DNA of 64,000 nt from IMG/VR virus record IMGVR_UViG_3300021405_000008; one strand, 5' to 3'. This DNA comes from a virus. Lineage: Duplodnaviria; Heunggongvirae; Uroviricota; Caudoviricetes. Of this stretch, positions 1-8,329 are shown piece by piece. The number at the start of each line of letters is the position of its first letter. The first letter of the stretch is position 1. Position numbers and translations under genes: made by a program. The notes below the pieces were generated by a model, which made no database searches, was not told the DNA's origin, and was given only the letters and a program-made list of their open reading frames with translations.

Positions 1-257
1 CGCCACCTAACTATAACTTCTGGTCTGGTTTCGGTAGTGACATAGCCGAGGTCACTATTGTTGGCGCGCTTGTAGCAGTTTACAAGAAACATAATTGTCA
101 CGCCAGGTGGTGCTGGAGAGTAGGTCACCATGAATTCTTTGATGCATCGAAAGGTCTCACATATAACTTGTGCAGGAAGCATCACCCTGATCACCCCGGG
201 CGTAGGCAGATAACCAAAGAGTCTATTGCTAGCATTAGCGAGCAGGCGACTCCATGA
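1..257 (+). CDS. 3' end of upstream gene (partial, open from window start; stop TGA 255-257 overlaps next ATG)
   Basis: Frame ending at 257 is stop-free from position 3 (85 codons); ATGA overlap with next gene. Confidence 0.3.
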   Translation, partial: PPNYNFWSGFGSDIAEVTIVGALVAVYKKHNCHARWCWRVGHHEFFDASKGLTYNLCRKHHPDHPGRRQITKESIASISEQATP

Positions 258-724
258 CGATATACATCGACGTTACTCTGCGGGGATCAATACCGGCTGG
301 TATCGTTCCCGGCATAATACACAGATACAAGGTGCATCTTGAGGGTGTACTCGGAGACATGAGCGTTAACCTGATTCGAGCTTGCCTGCCGACGCAGTAC
401 ATGTATCTTGGGAATAATGGCGGTGATCCCAGACATAATCCGATTCCGCCGAATGCTGGCGCTCTAGTAGCGTCTATTCACACCAGGCGCGACACGCAAG
501 ATTCAGAGCTTGTTGTTGGAGATGACCTGATATATGGCCCATGGATTGAGGGTGTGGCAGTTGGCAATACATTCTTTTACCCGGGGCGCGTCAAGCGTGG
601 CATGGGCGGCCGGTTCCCGGGATACCACACCTTCCGGAAAATGACTCAGATTGTTGATTCAGCAACACCGGATATCGCATATACAGAGATACAGCCTTAC
701 ATACGTGAAATCAATGACTACTGA
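254..724 (+). CDS. hypothetical virion structural protein
   Basis: 156-aa ORF at head of co-directional structural gene block; no recognisable motif. Confidence 0.45.
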   Translation: MTIYIDVTLRGSIPAGIVPGIIHRYKVHLEGVLGDMSVNLIRACLPTQYMYLGNNGGDPRHNPIPPNAGALVASIHTRRDTQDSELVVGDDLIYGPWIEGVAVGNTFFYPGRVKRGMGGRFPGYHTFRKMTQIVDSATPDIAYTEIQPYIREINDY

Positions 725-736
725 GAAGAGGATACA

Positions 737-1096
737 GTGACCGAGCGGAATCTGTTTAGTTACAATGGCAAGATCATGGATGAGAGGATCATCGAGGGCG
801 AGGTAATTTCCGCAGCGACTTACCCGATGTGCCTGTCTTGCGTTTCTGAATATGTGCTTGCCAGGAACAAGTGGATAGAGAGTGGTCAGCCCGATGGGCA
901 AGAGCCATCATACTCAGATTCCGTTCGACCTGCCATAACGAACGCTGCTGCCTGGCAGCAGCAGGTAGTAGGTGGCCAGATGATAATGGCTTGTGTTGCA
1001 CTACCAACATGCATGCAGCACCTCGGGGTTCGTGAGAAGACGGCTATGGAGCGTGCTGCTGGAAGCGGCCTCATGGTTCCCGGTAATCTATCCTGA
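737..1096 (+). CDS. hypothetical protein
   Basis: 119-aa ORF, tight spacing in structural block. Confidence 0.4.
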   Translation: MTERNLFSYNGKIMDERIIEGEVISAATYPMCLSCVSEYVLARNKWIESGQPDGQEPSYSDSVRPAITNAAAWQQQVVGGQMIMACVALPTCMQHLGVREKTAMERAAGSGLMVPGNLS

Positions 1097-1111
1097 TAGG
1101 AGCATTATGTA

Positions 1112-1585
1112 ATGGCCGTTGTTACCTCGCACGTTTACCCGTATGCACAGAGCCTGATAAATGCGGGCTCCATCAACCTAACATCTGCCACCGCTGGTGC
1201 ATTCAAAATGGGCCTCTGCACGTCTGCGGCGGCCACCTGGGGTGCTACACAGTGGGCATACCAGTTTGTGTCATCGATTACCGGTGCATACACGGAAGTG
1301 AGCACGGGTGGCTATGCAAGAGTCAGCCTTGCGTCACTTGCAGTTGGAACTGGGACCACCGCCCAGTATGAAAAGTGGACTTGCACTAGCCCAATCAGCT
1401 TCGGCTCGACGATTACCCTCGCGGCTGCCAGCGGGTTCATATATACCACATTGGTTGGATCGGCTGATGCTTCCTACCCTGTGGTCGCAATCATCGACTT
1501 CGGGCAGACGGTAACATCTACCGCCGGTAACTGGACGTACACGATCGACCCAACTTATGGCCTAGCGTCTTGGGAATCGATTTAG
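1112..1585 (+). CDS. hypothetical structural protein (Thr/Gly/Ala-rich)
   Basis: 157 aa; N-terminus SLINAGSINLTSATAGA shared with next gene. Confidence 0.5.
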   Translation: MAVVTSHVYPYAQSLINAGSINLTSATAGAFKMGLCTSAAATWGATQWAYQFVSSITGAYTEVSTGGYARVSLASLAVGTGTTAQYEKWTCTSPISFGSTITLAAASGFIYTTLVGSADASYPVVAIIDFGQTVTSTAGNWTYTIDPTYGLASWESI

Positions 1586-1586
1586 C

Positions 1587-2204
1587 ATGGCCAACCAGAG
1601 CTGGGTCTCTCTGATCAATGCCGGCAGCTCGCGGGCAACCGGGGCCGGCACTGCTCTCAACACCGCTGCTACCGCTACGATATCTCCCTGTCAGGCTGCG
1701 GCTCTAACATCCGATGTGGCATCGGTTAACCCAGATGGTCAGCCGCTCGGATGGTATCCCGGACTTGTTATCCGCTGTATGGCACGCGGATACATGACCA
1801 CAACGGGCACAAGCACAACAGCAACCTGGCTCCTACGTTGCAACAAGGGCAACAACAACACATATACAACGTTCGCCACCACTGTTGGCCTCACTACCGG
1901 CACGGGTTCTGTAACTGGTCTGCAGTGGCATATGGATGCTACTTTGCGATGCACAGCAGTCGGCAGCGGAACCTCGGGTAGCGTTTCGACGCAGGCATGG
2001 CTTGAAATTTCCTCTTCTGTACCGGCTAACCCGGTCGCGCTTGGAAGCGCAGGGAACACGGTTTTGCCCATGCCAAACATCACCGGCGAAACTGCGCTAG
2101 GCATAGACACAACGCAGGTTACGGGGATTGGCTTGGCTGCTACTCTGGCCGGGGCAAATGCTACCATTCAGTGTACAGAGTGGATTGTCGAAGCTCTCGA
2201 CTAA
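1587..2204 (+). CDS. hypothetical structural protein, N-terminal paralog of previous gene
   Basis: 205 aa; SLINAGSSRATGAGTALNTAATA N-terminus; Thr/Gly-rich; 1-nt spacing to previous stop. Confidence 0.5.
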   Translation: MANQSWVSLINAGSSRATGAGTALNTAATATISPCQAAALTSDVASVNPDGQPLGWYPGLVIRCMARGYMTTTGTSTTATWLLRCNKGNNNTYTTFATTVGLTTGTGSVTGLQWHMDATLRCTAVGSGTSGSVSTQAWLEISSSVPANPVALGSAGNTVLPMPNITGETALGIDTTQVTGIGLAATLAGANATIQCTEWIVEALD

Positions 2205-2220
2205 TCGATAGCGGAGGGAG

Positions 2221-5200
2221 GTGACATTAGTGGCGACATTCGTACAGTTTCAATCTAGCAACGGCAATTCGAGTGCGTCACTAGTCATCTCGATAACGGG
2301 TACGGCCAATGACACGTACTTTGCTGCAATCACTGCGTGGATGACCGGCAATAACCCGATCAGCCTTAGCTCTGTATCTGATAATGCATCCGGAGGGACT
2401 AACAACTGGACATATACTACTGCTACCCCTCTCAACCAGAATCCGCCTTGTGCAGGTGTATATGACTCTGCAAATACACTATATGCATTCACTACTATTG
2501 CTACCTGTCTTCCATCTAATAATAATGGTGCCACTAAGGCATTCACTTCTGTTACAGTCACCTTTACTACGACTCCCACAAGCTGGTCTGAGGCTGGCGT
2601 AATAGAATTCAGCGGGATACCGCCGAATGCTGTTATTCTAAATGCAGCAGCTACCAATGTTCTTGCATCGGTTGTGTCCAGCTATACGGTGCCCGGCATT
2701 GGCATGAAGGGCAATGGGACCGCTGTAGTATCGACTTCCGACCTTAATGGAGAGTTCACAGGGGTAACTTCTGGCTGGACAATTATCAACACCGGCGACA
2801 CGATTGATGCCTATGCCACTAGCGTTGGCCCTGGCCTCGTGCAGCCTACATTTACGCAGTCGCCCGCTGATGACGTCCCTGGCTCCTGCATTATGGCCAT
2901 AGGCGTGCCGATCTATGCGACGATCCCGCAATTGGCCCCGCCCGGTCGCAATTCCCCGGCAGCCTGGAAGACGCATTACTCGCTTCCGCCGCTCCCGCCT
3001 GTAGTTATCAGTACACCTGCCAATGTTACCGGCGTTGGCGCGCTAGTAGACATTACTGGCGGAGTCGGAGTATTCGAGGGTGATGCCAACGTAACGGGCG
3101 TTGGGGCGCTAATAGATGTAACTGGCGGTTCCGGCACAAATACGTCTGATCAGAAAATAACAGGCGTCGGAGCACTAGTCGATGTAACTGGCGGGGTCGG
3201 TTCCCCATCCGGTTCCGCTCCGGTTACGGGCGTCGGGGCACTGGTAGATATAATCGGTGGAGTTGGCACTCCGTCCGGTCCTGCTAATGTAACCGGGGTT
3301 GGCGCGCTAGTAGATATCACCGGGGGCATTGGCTCACTTCGCTCTGACCAGAAAATCACCGGTACTGGCGCAATAATTGACGTTACCGGGGGCGTTGGTG
3401 CAGCGAGCGGTTCTGCACCGGTTACCGGAGTCGGCGCGCTAGTCGATGTAACCGGAGGGATAGGCACTCCATCCGGCAGTGGCTCTGTTACGGGCGTCGG
3501 AGCTGCGGTACATATCAATGGTGGCTCTGGCACTCTAATTGGATCTGCAAACGTAACAGGCGTTGGCGCGCTAGTTTCGGTTATTGGTGGTGCAGGTACA
3601 AATACATCCGACCAGAAGATCACGGGCGTCGGGGCGCTCGTAGATGTAACTGGCGGAATAGGCACAGCCACCGGTACTTCACCTAGCGCAAATGTAACGG
3701 GCGTCGGGGCGCTAGTAGATGTTACCGGCGGTGCAGGCGCGGTATCTGGATCGGCCAATGTAGTCGGTGTCGGTGCGCTAGTCGACGTAACCGGGGGTAC
3801 TGGCTCCCCGGCCGGTTATGGTAATGTTACCGGGGTCGGCGCGCTAGTCGATGTTTCTGGCGGCATAGGAGTACTTGCCGGGTCGGCCAATGTACCCGGG
3901 GTCGGCGCAATAGTCGATGTAACTGGCGGAGCAGGATCTCTCCGTTCCGACCAGAAGATAACGGGCACCGGTGCGCTAGTAGATGTAACTGGTGGCACAG
4001 GCACCTTCTCTGCTTCAGCCGGGGTTACCGGTGTTGGGGCGACGGTAGATGTAACTGGTGGTATTGGTGCAGCCGGTGGCGGATCGAATGTCACTGGCGT
4101 CGGAGCAACGGTAGCGGTAACCGGCGGATCGGGCGCCCTATCAGGGTCGGCAAATCCCACCGGCACGGGCGCACTGGTAAATGTAATTGGCGGGGCGGGA
4201 ACAGCTACTGGCACTGCTCCCAATGCTAACATAACTGGCGTCGGGGCGCTAGTCGGTGTAATTGCCGGGATTGGGACCCCGGCTGGATACGCCAACGTTA
4301 CAGGAGTCGGCGCACTCGTCGACGTTTCTGGCGGGGCAGGCTCACTTCGATCGGACCAGAACAATACCGGCGTCGGGGCTGCCGTTTCAATACTCGGTGG
4401 CATTGGCGTGCCATCCGGCTCAGCGAATGTAGCAGGCTCGGGCGCGCTCGTAGATGTTACTGGCGGAATAGGCAGCCCGTCTGGTTCAGGAATTGTCACC
4501 GGGGTAGGCGCTACAGTAGATGTAACTGGCGGCTCTGGTACAGTTTCTGGATCCGGGGCGGTCGCGGCTACCGGCGCTTTGGTAGATGTTGCTGGAGGGT
4601 CTGGTGCGGCTACCGGTTCTGCGATAATTGCAGGTACTGGTGCAATAGTAGTAGCGACAGCCGGTACCGGTATCCCGACGGGTGCTGGGGTAGTCACTGG
4701 AGCTGGCAGCCTAGTTTCGGTCACCGGTGGTGCTGGAGTGGCCACGGGATCTGGGTCTACAGCTGGCACTGGTGCCCTAGTCGCGGTTACTGGCGGGATT
4801 GGTAATCCGTCCGGTAGTGGTTCGGTGACTGGCACCGGTGCGCTAGTAGATGTAACTGGTGGCGCCGGCACCTTCCTGACGGACCAGCATGTAACCGGTA
4901 CCGGGGCCCAGCAGCATGTCATAGCTGGAATCGGGACATTCGAGGGCAACGCCAATGTAATCGGAGTTGGCGCGCTAGTAAGTGTAGATGGCGGAGTAGG
5001 GTACTTCCCGAATGCCAATGTTAATGGCACTGGCGGCCATGTATTCGTACAGGCTGGAATAGGACAGCTTGCTGCCAGCGCAAATGTACAGGGCATGGCG
5101 GCTCTGGTCAATATCCTTGGCGGGTCCGGTACGCCATCGGGTCCAAGTAATGTGCCAGGAGTGGGACCGAATGTATCGATATTTGGTGGTGCCGGCACTT

Positions 5201-5763
5201 TCCGTGCTGATCTGAGTTTCACCGGGAATGCTGCAATGTCCCTTGTCCAAGGTGGCATGGGTAGGCCCGTGGGAGAAACGGTAGACATAATCGTGCCATT
5301 CAGTGATGCAGAAATAAATGACATTATTGATCGACTGCAGAGTCACGCTCAGAATAGCGGGCGTTTTGACAGCGTAAATGGGCACGAGCCAAAGAGTGCT
5401 CCTGGCAATGGCATTACTTGCTCGATATGGGTGCAGGCAATAACTCCTGTTAATAGCTCCGGCCAGTCAGCTACCAGCGGCATGCTGATTCTACAGGAGA
5501 GAATATATGCGTCTATGACATCACAGCCGTTTGACATGATAGACCCTAATATTACAGCGGCTACGGCTGAGCTGATGAATGATCTGTCCAATGATTTCCA
5601 GCTCGGCGGTAATGATGATGTCAGAGCGCTGGACCTACTTGGGATGACAGGGACATCTCTTTCGGCCCAGGCCGGTTATGTAGAAATCGACAGGCATATG
5701 TACCGAGTTATGACTGTTACCATTCCCGTAATTATAAACGACATGTATGCGCAGATATCGTAA
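2221..5763 (+). CDS. giant glycine-rich tandem-repeat virion protein (fibre/decoration-like)
   Basis: 1180 aa, GTG start after GGAGGGAGG RBS; about 45 tandem copies of a 20-21 aa unit NVTGVGALVDVTGG-IG-xPSGSA; unique N- and C-terminal domains. Confidence 0.7.
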   Translation: MTLVATFVQFQSSNGNSSASLVISITGTANDTYFAAITAWMTGNNPISLSSVSDNASGGTNNWTYTTATPLNQNPPCAGVYDSANTLYAFTTIATCLPSNNNGATKAFTSVTVTFTTTPTSWSEAGVIEFSGIPPNAVILNAAATNVLASVVSSYTVPGIGMKGNGTAVVSTSDLNGEFTGVTSGWTIINTGDTIDAYATSVGPGLVQPTFTQSPADDVPGSCIMAIGVPIYATIPQLAPPGRNSPAAWKTHYSLPPLPPVVISTPANVTGVGALVDITGGVGVFEGDANVTGVGALIDVTGGSGTNTSDQKITGVGALVDVTGGVGSPSGSAPVTGVGALVDIIGGVGTPSGPANVTGVGALVDITGGIGSLRSDQKITGTGAIIDVTGGVGAASGSAPVTGVGALVDVTGGIGTPSGSGSVTGVGAAVHINGGSGTLIGSANVTGVGALVSVIGGAGTNTSDQKITGVGALVDVTGGIGTATGTSPSANVTGVGALVDVTGGAGAVSGSANVVGVGALVDVTGGTGSPAGYGNVTGVGALVDVSGGIGVLAGSANVPGVGAIVDVTGGAGSLRSDQKITGTGALVDVTGGTGTFSASAGVTGVGATVDVTGGIGAAGGGSNVTGVGATVAVTGGSGALSGSANPTGTGALVNVIGGAGTATGTAPNANITGVGALVGVIAGIGTPAGYANVTGVGALVDVSGGAGSLRSDQNNTGVGAAVSILGGIGVPSGSANVAGSGALVDVTGGIGSPSGSGIVTGVGATVDVTGGSGTVSGSGAVAATGALVDVAGGSGAATGSAIIAGTGAIVVATAGTGIPTGAGVVTGAGSLVSVTGGAGVATGSGSTAGTGALVAVTGGIGNPSGSGSVTGTGALVDVTGGAGTFLTDQHVTGTGAQQHVIAGIGTFEGNANVIGVGALVSVDGGVGYFPNANVNGTGGHVFVQAGIGQLAASANVQGMAALVNILGGSGTPSGPSNVPGVGPNVSIFGGAGTFRADLSFTGNAAMSLVQGGMGRPVGETVDIIVPFSDAEINDIIDRLQSHAQNSGRFDSVNGHEPKSAPGNGITCSIWVQAITPVNSSGQSATSGMLILQERIYASMTSQPFDMIDPNITAATAELMNDLSNDFQLGGNDDVRALDLLGMTGTSLSAQAGYVEIDRHMYRVMTVTIPVIINDMYAQIS
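3000..5250 (+). repeat. tandem 60-63-nt coding repeat array inside the giant protein gene
   Basis: Repeated gttaccggcgtcggggcgctagtagatgtaactggcgg-like units visible throughout. Confidence 0.8.
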
Positions 5764-5775
5764 GGAGAGGGTGCA

Positions 5776-6720
5776 ATGGCAAAGCAGTCAGGCCTAGGCG
5801 ACAACTTCTACATTGGCGGTTTTGATCTGTCTGGAGACATTGCCTCCCTTGACTCGATCAGCGGAGCCATTGCCGTCCTTGAGGCTACATCAATCAAGCA
5901 GTCTGCGGAGGCGCGGCTATTCGGTCTTCGCTCTGGCACTATGAAGTTCACATCGCTGTTCGAGGATGCGACAACAGTTACAAATCCGCTTGTTCCCGGG
6001 AGCACGGTGCCGTATGTTAGCACATACAATTTCGCCGTACTGGTAACTATTACCGGGACTGTGACGAATGTGTCTATTAATGGCGTAACTGCTGGCACTG
6101 CAGCTGGCACCTACCTCCTCCCTGCTTCCGCGAGTATCGCCATGACGTACTCGTCAGCTCCCACATGGAACTGGATTGCTGTTGGTGCTATGCACAATGC
6201 ATTGGCTCCGCTTCCCCGGGGGAATACGGTTTGCATGTATGCTCGTGGCACTGCTGTTGGCAACCCTGCTGCTTGCATGACCGGGGTTCAGCTGAACTAC
6301 GATGGCACGCGCGATACCAACGGCAACCTGACATTCCAGGTAGAGGTGGACGCAAGCGGATTCGGGTATGAGTGGGGAACCCTCCTAACATCTGGTATTC
6401 GGACGGATACTGCAGCGACTGTCGGAGGCGCAGTCGACCAGGGTGCTGCGACTAACTTTGGGGCTCAGGCTTACCTAGAGATACTGGACTTTGTCGGAAC
6501 ATCGGTAGACATTACAATCACACATGCCACTACCTCGGGTGGTACTTACTCGACGCTGATGGACTTCGGATCGCAGACAGCAATCGGGGGATTCCGCCAG
6601 TCTGTATCAAACACTACCACTGTAGATGAATTCCTAAAGGTAGTTACGACTGGTACATTTACGTACTGTTCTTTCGTCGTCGCAATGAATAGGAACCTTA
6701 CAGCAGGACAGGTGTTCTAA
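5776..6720 (+). CDS. major tail protein-like (paralog of 7198-7626)
   Basis: 314 aa; N-terminus MAKQSGLGDNFYIGGFDLSGDI similar to MAKTSGLGGAIIVQDSGSV of downstream gene; position upstream of chaperones/tape measure. Confidence 0.45.
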   Translation: MAKQSGLGDNFYIGGFDLSGDIASLDSISGAIAVLEATSIKQSAEARLFGLRSGTMKFTSLFEDATTVTNPLVPGSTVPYVSTYNFAVLVTITGTVTNVSINGVTAGTAAGTYLLPASASIAMTYSSAPTWNWIAVGAMHNALAPLPRGNTVCMYARGTAVGNPAACMTGVQLNYDGTRDTNGNLTFQVEVDASGFGYEWGTLLTSGIRTDTAATVGGAVDQGAATNFGAQAYLEILDFVGTSVDITITHATTSGGTYSTLMDFGSQTAIGGFRQSVSNTTTVDEFLKVVTTGTFTYCSFVVAMNRNLTAGQVF

Positions 6721-7193
6721 TGCCTCCAAGATTCACTCCGCCGCCTCTAAACAGACTGGTGTCTAAGGTCGGACCGGAAAATTACAAGACATACTCCTGG
6801 TCGCGTCCCTTGAGTACACACTGGCGTAAAGCGACATGTGAGGAGGTGAACTGTGAAGACTTCCTGAACGGATTCGTTCTTACCATTGACAAGAGCACCC
6901 CTCTTGGCGAGAAGCAATTCGACTATGTCACGCACGATAAGACACGATCATACACGATAGATCGAGAGGGAATGTATCTATTCCATTTCATTTATCCTCC
7001 CGGCAACGAGGGGTTTGCCGGAACGAAACATGACCACCGGCTACCGGTCGGCCGGGAACCGCTTCTGTTCGTTAGGGCAGGGGACTGGCGTAAGTACTTC
7101 GCGCCGCCGGTGCAGCATAAGTACATCGATGACTGGGTCGAGGATTTCTCGATCAACCAGAACAAAATTATAGAAACACAGAAGAGAGGGTAA
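6720..7193 (+). CDS. hypothetical protein
   Basis: 157 aa, start overlaps previous stop. Confidence 0.45.
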   Translation: MPPRFTPPPLNRLVSKVGPENYKTYSWSRPLSTHWRKATCEEVNCEDFLNGFVLTIDKSTPLGEKQFDYVTHDKTRSYTIDREGMYLFHFIYPPGNEGFAGTKHDHRLPVGREPLLFVRAGDWRKYFAPPVQHKYIDDWVEDFSINQNKIIETQKRG

Positions 7194-7197
7194 TTCA

Positions 7198-7626
7198 ATG
7201 GCAAAGACCTCTGGACTTGGTGGCGCAATTATCGTGCAGGACTCGGGCTCTGTGGCTCGCACGATCACCAATGACTGCACGAACTATGCGTTCACGACGC
7301 CCCGCGCGACGCAGGATGTCACCGGTGTTGACAAGTTTGCGAATGAGACGATCCTGCTCCTCGCGGACTACACGCTGACCCTCAACGGGGTTTTCAATAC
7401 TGCTGCCAATATGTCGCACGCGGTGTTCGCGACAGTACCATCCACGACAGTAGTCCGGTCGGTCGAGATTGACCCTCTGGGAGCTACCACCGGTCAGCCG
7501 AGCCTCGTGGTAAACAATGTTTTGACTGACTACCAGATCACTCGTGCGAATACCGGCGAGCTTACCTGGCAGGTTCCAGGGCAACTCGCGGATGGTAATT
7601 CCCCTACATGGACAACGCACGCTTAA
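7198..7626 (+). CDS. major tail subunit-like protein
   Basis: 142 aa immediately upstream of chaperone pair and tape measure; RBS AGAGGG upstream. Confidence 0.5.
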   Translation: MAKTSGLGGAIIVQDSGSVARTITNDCTNYAFTTPRATQDVTGVDKFANETILLLADYTLTLNGVFNTAANMSHAVFATVPSTTVVRSVEIDPLGATTGQPSLVVNNVLTDYQITRANTGELTWQVPGQLADGNSPTWTTHA

Positions 7627-7640
7627 CCAGGGGAGTCCCG

Positions 7641-8150
7641 ATGGATATTACATCTCATCTGTCGGGACTCGCCTGCTACATCGCATATACAATCACATAC
7701 ATAATGCAAGGGATTATAATGGGATTCCGTCCGGAGAAGACTGTCTACAATCTACATTTCGAGGGCACATTCCTTGATGGGCTTAGGATCAAGGTGGGAT
7801 GCCCGACGGTCGCGGAGTTCAACGAAATGCTTCGCTGGCAGGCCGCAACAAACGTCGATGTGGCTGACAATAATGACAAAGCAACGCAGAGGTTCCTTGA
7901 CTACCTGATTGACTGGAACCTGGAAAACCCTCAGAATGGACCGATCAAGGAGGGTGAGGATACCCCTTCCATCCGAGAGGGAGAGCCGACTCCGCACACC
8001 CTGGAGGGATGTTCCGTTCACGAGCAGGTGGTGATCCGGGAAATTCTGCAGCAGTGGCAGAAGGCTATTGCGGGCGTATCCGAGGAACTGGGAAAAGGCT
8101 CGATGAATGGAAGCGATTCGCTGGAGCGATCACTCGGGATGGGCGGATAA
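7641..8150 (+). CDS. tail assembly chaperone (G-like, unshifted product)
   Basis: ATG 7641 with GGGGAG RBS; located between major tail and tape measure; contains slippery heptamer. Confidence 0.65.
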   Translation: MDITSHLSGLACYIAYTITYIMQGIIMGFRPEKTVYNLHFEGTFLDGLRIKVGCPTVAEFNEMLRWQAATNVDVADNNDKATQRFLDYLIDWNLENPQNGPIKEGEDTPSIREGEPTPHTLEGCSVHEQVVIREILQQWQKAIAGVSEELGKGSMNGSDSLERSLGMGG

Positions 8151-8329
8151 TAACCAAGCCAAACGAACTGTACGAAGCAGAGTTTATCGTCGGGCTCTGC
8201 GACAGATTTCACACCGTCCCTAGCGTCGTTAAGCAGGAGGAAGCTGGCATCATTAGTCTTCTCAAGATATACCATATGGGGCATATCGAGGACGAGGGCG
8301 CACCACGGGAGGAGGATTACTATGGCTAA
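7641..8329 (+). CDS. tail assembly chaperone frameshift fusion (GT-like; 7641-8096 joined to 8096-8329 in -1 frame)
   Basis: Overlapping ORF 8009-8329 in -1 frame relative to 7641 ORF, canonical slippery site, ends 4 nt into tape measure start. Confidence 0.55.
8090..8096 (+). promoter_or_regulatory. -1 programmed frameshift slippery heptamer G_GGA_AAA
   Basis: GGGAAAA in X_XXY_YYZ phase of the 7641 frame; -1 frame stays open to 8329 (…GKRLDEWKRF…). Confidence 0.6.

Noticed and set aside
3150-5324. Long minus-strand ORFs (202 aa and 502 aa, PVTSTSAPTPVT repeats) inside the giant repeat gene
   Set aside because: They are reverse-complement shadows of the + strand Gly-rich repeat array: periodic, low-complexity, with no independent start context. 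The + strand gene is colinear with the structural operon.
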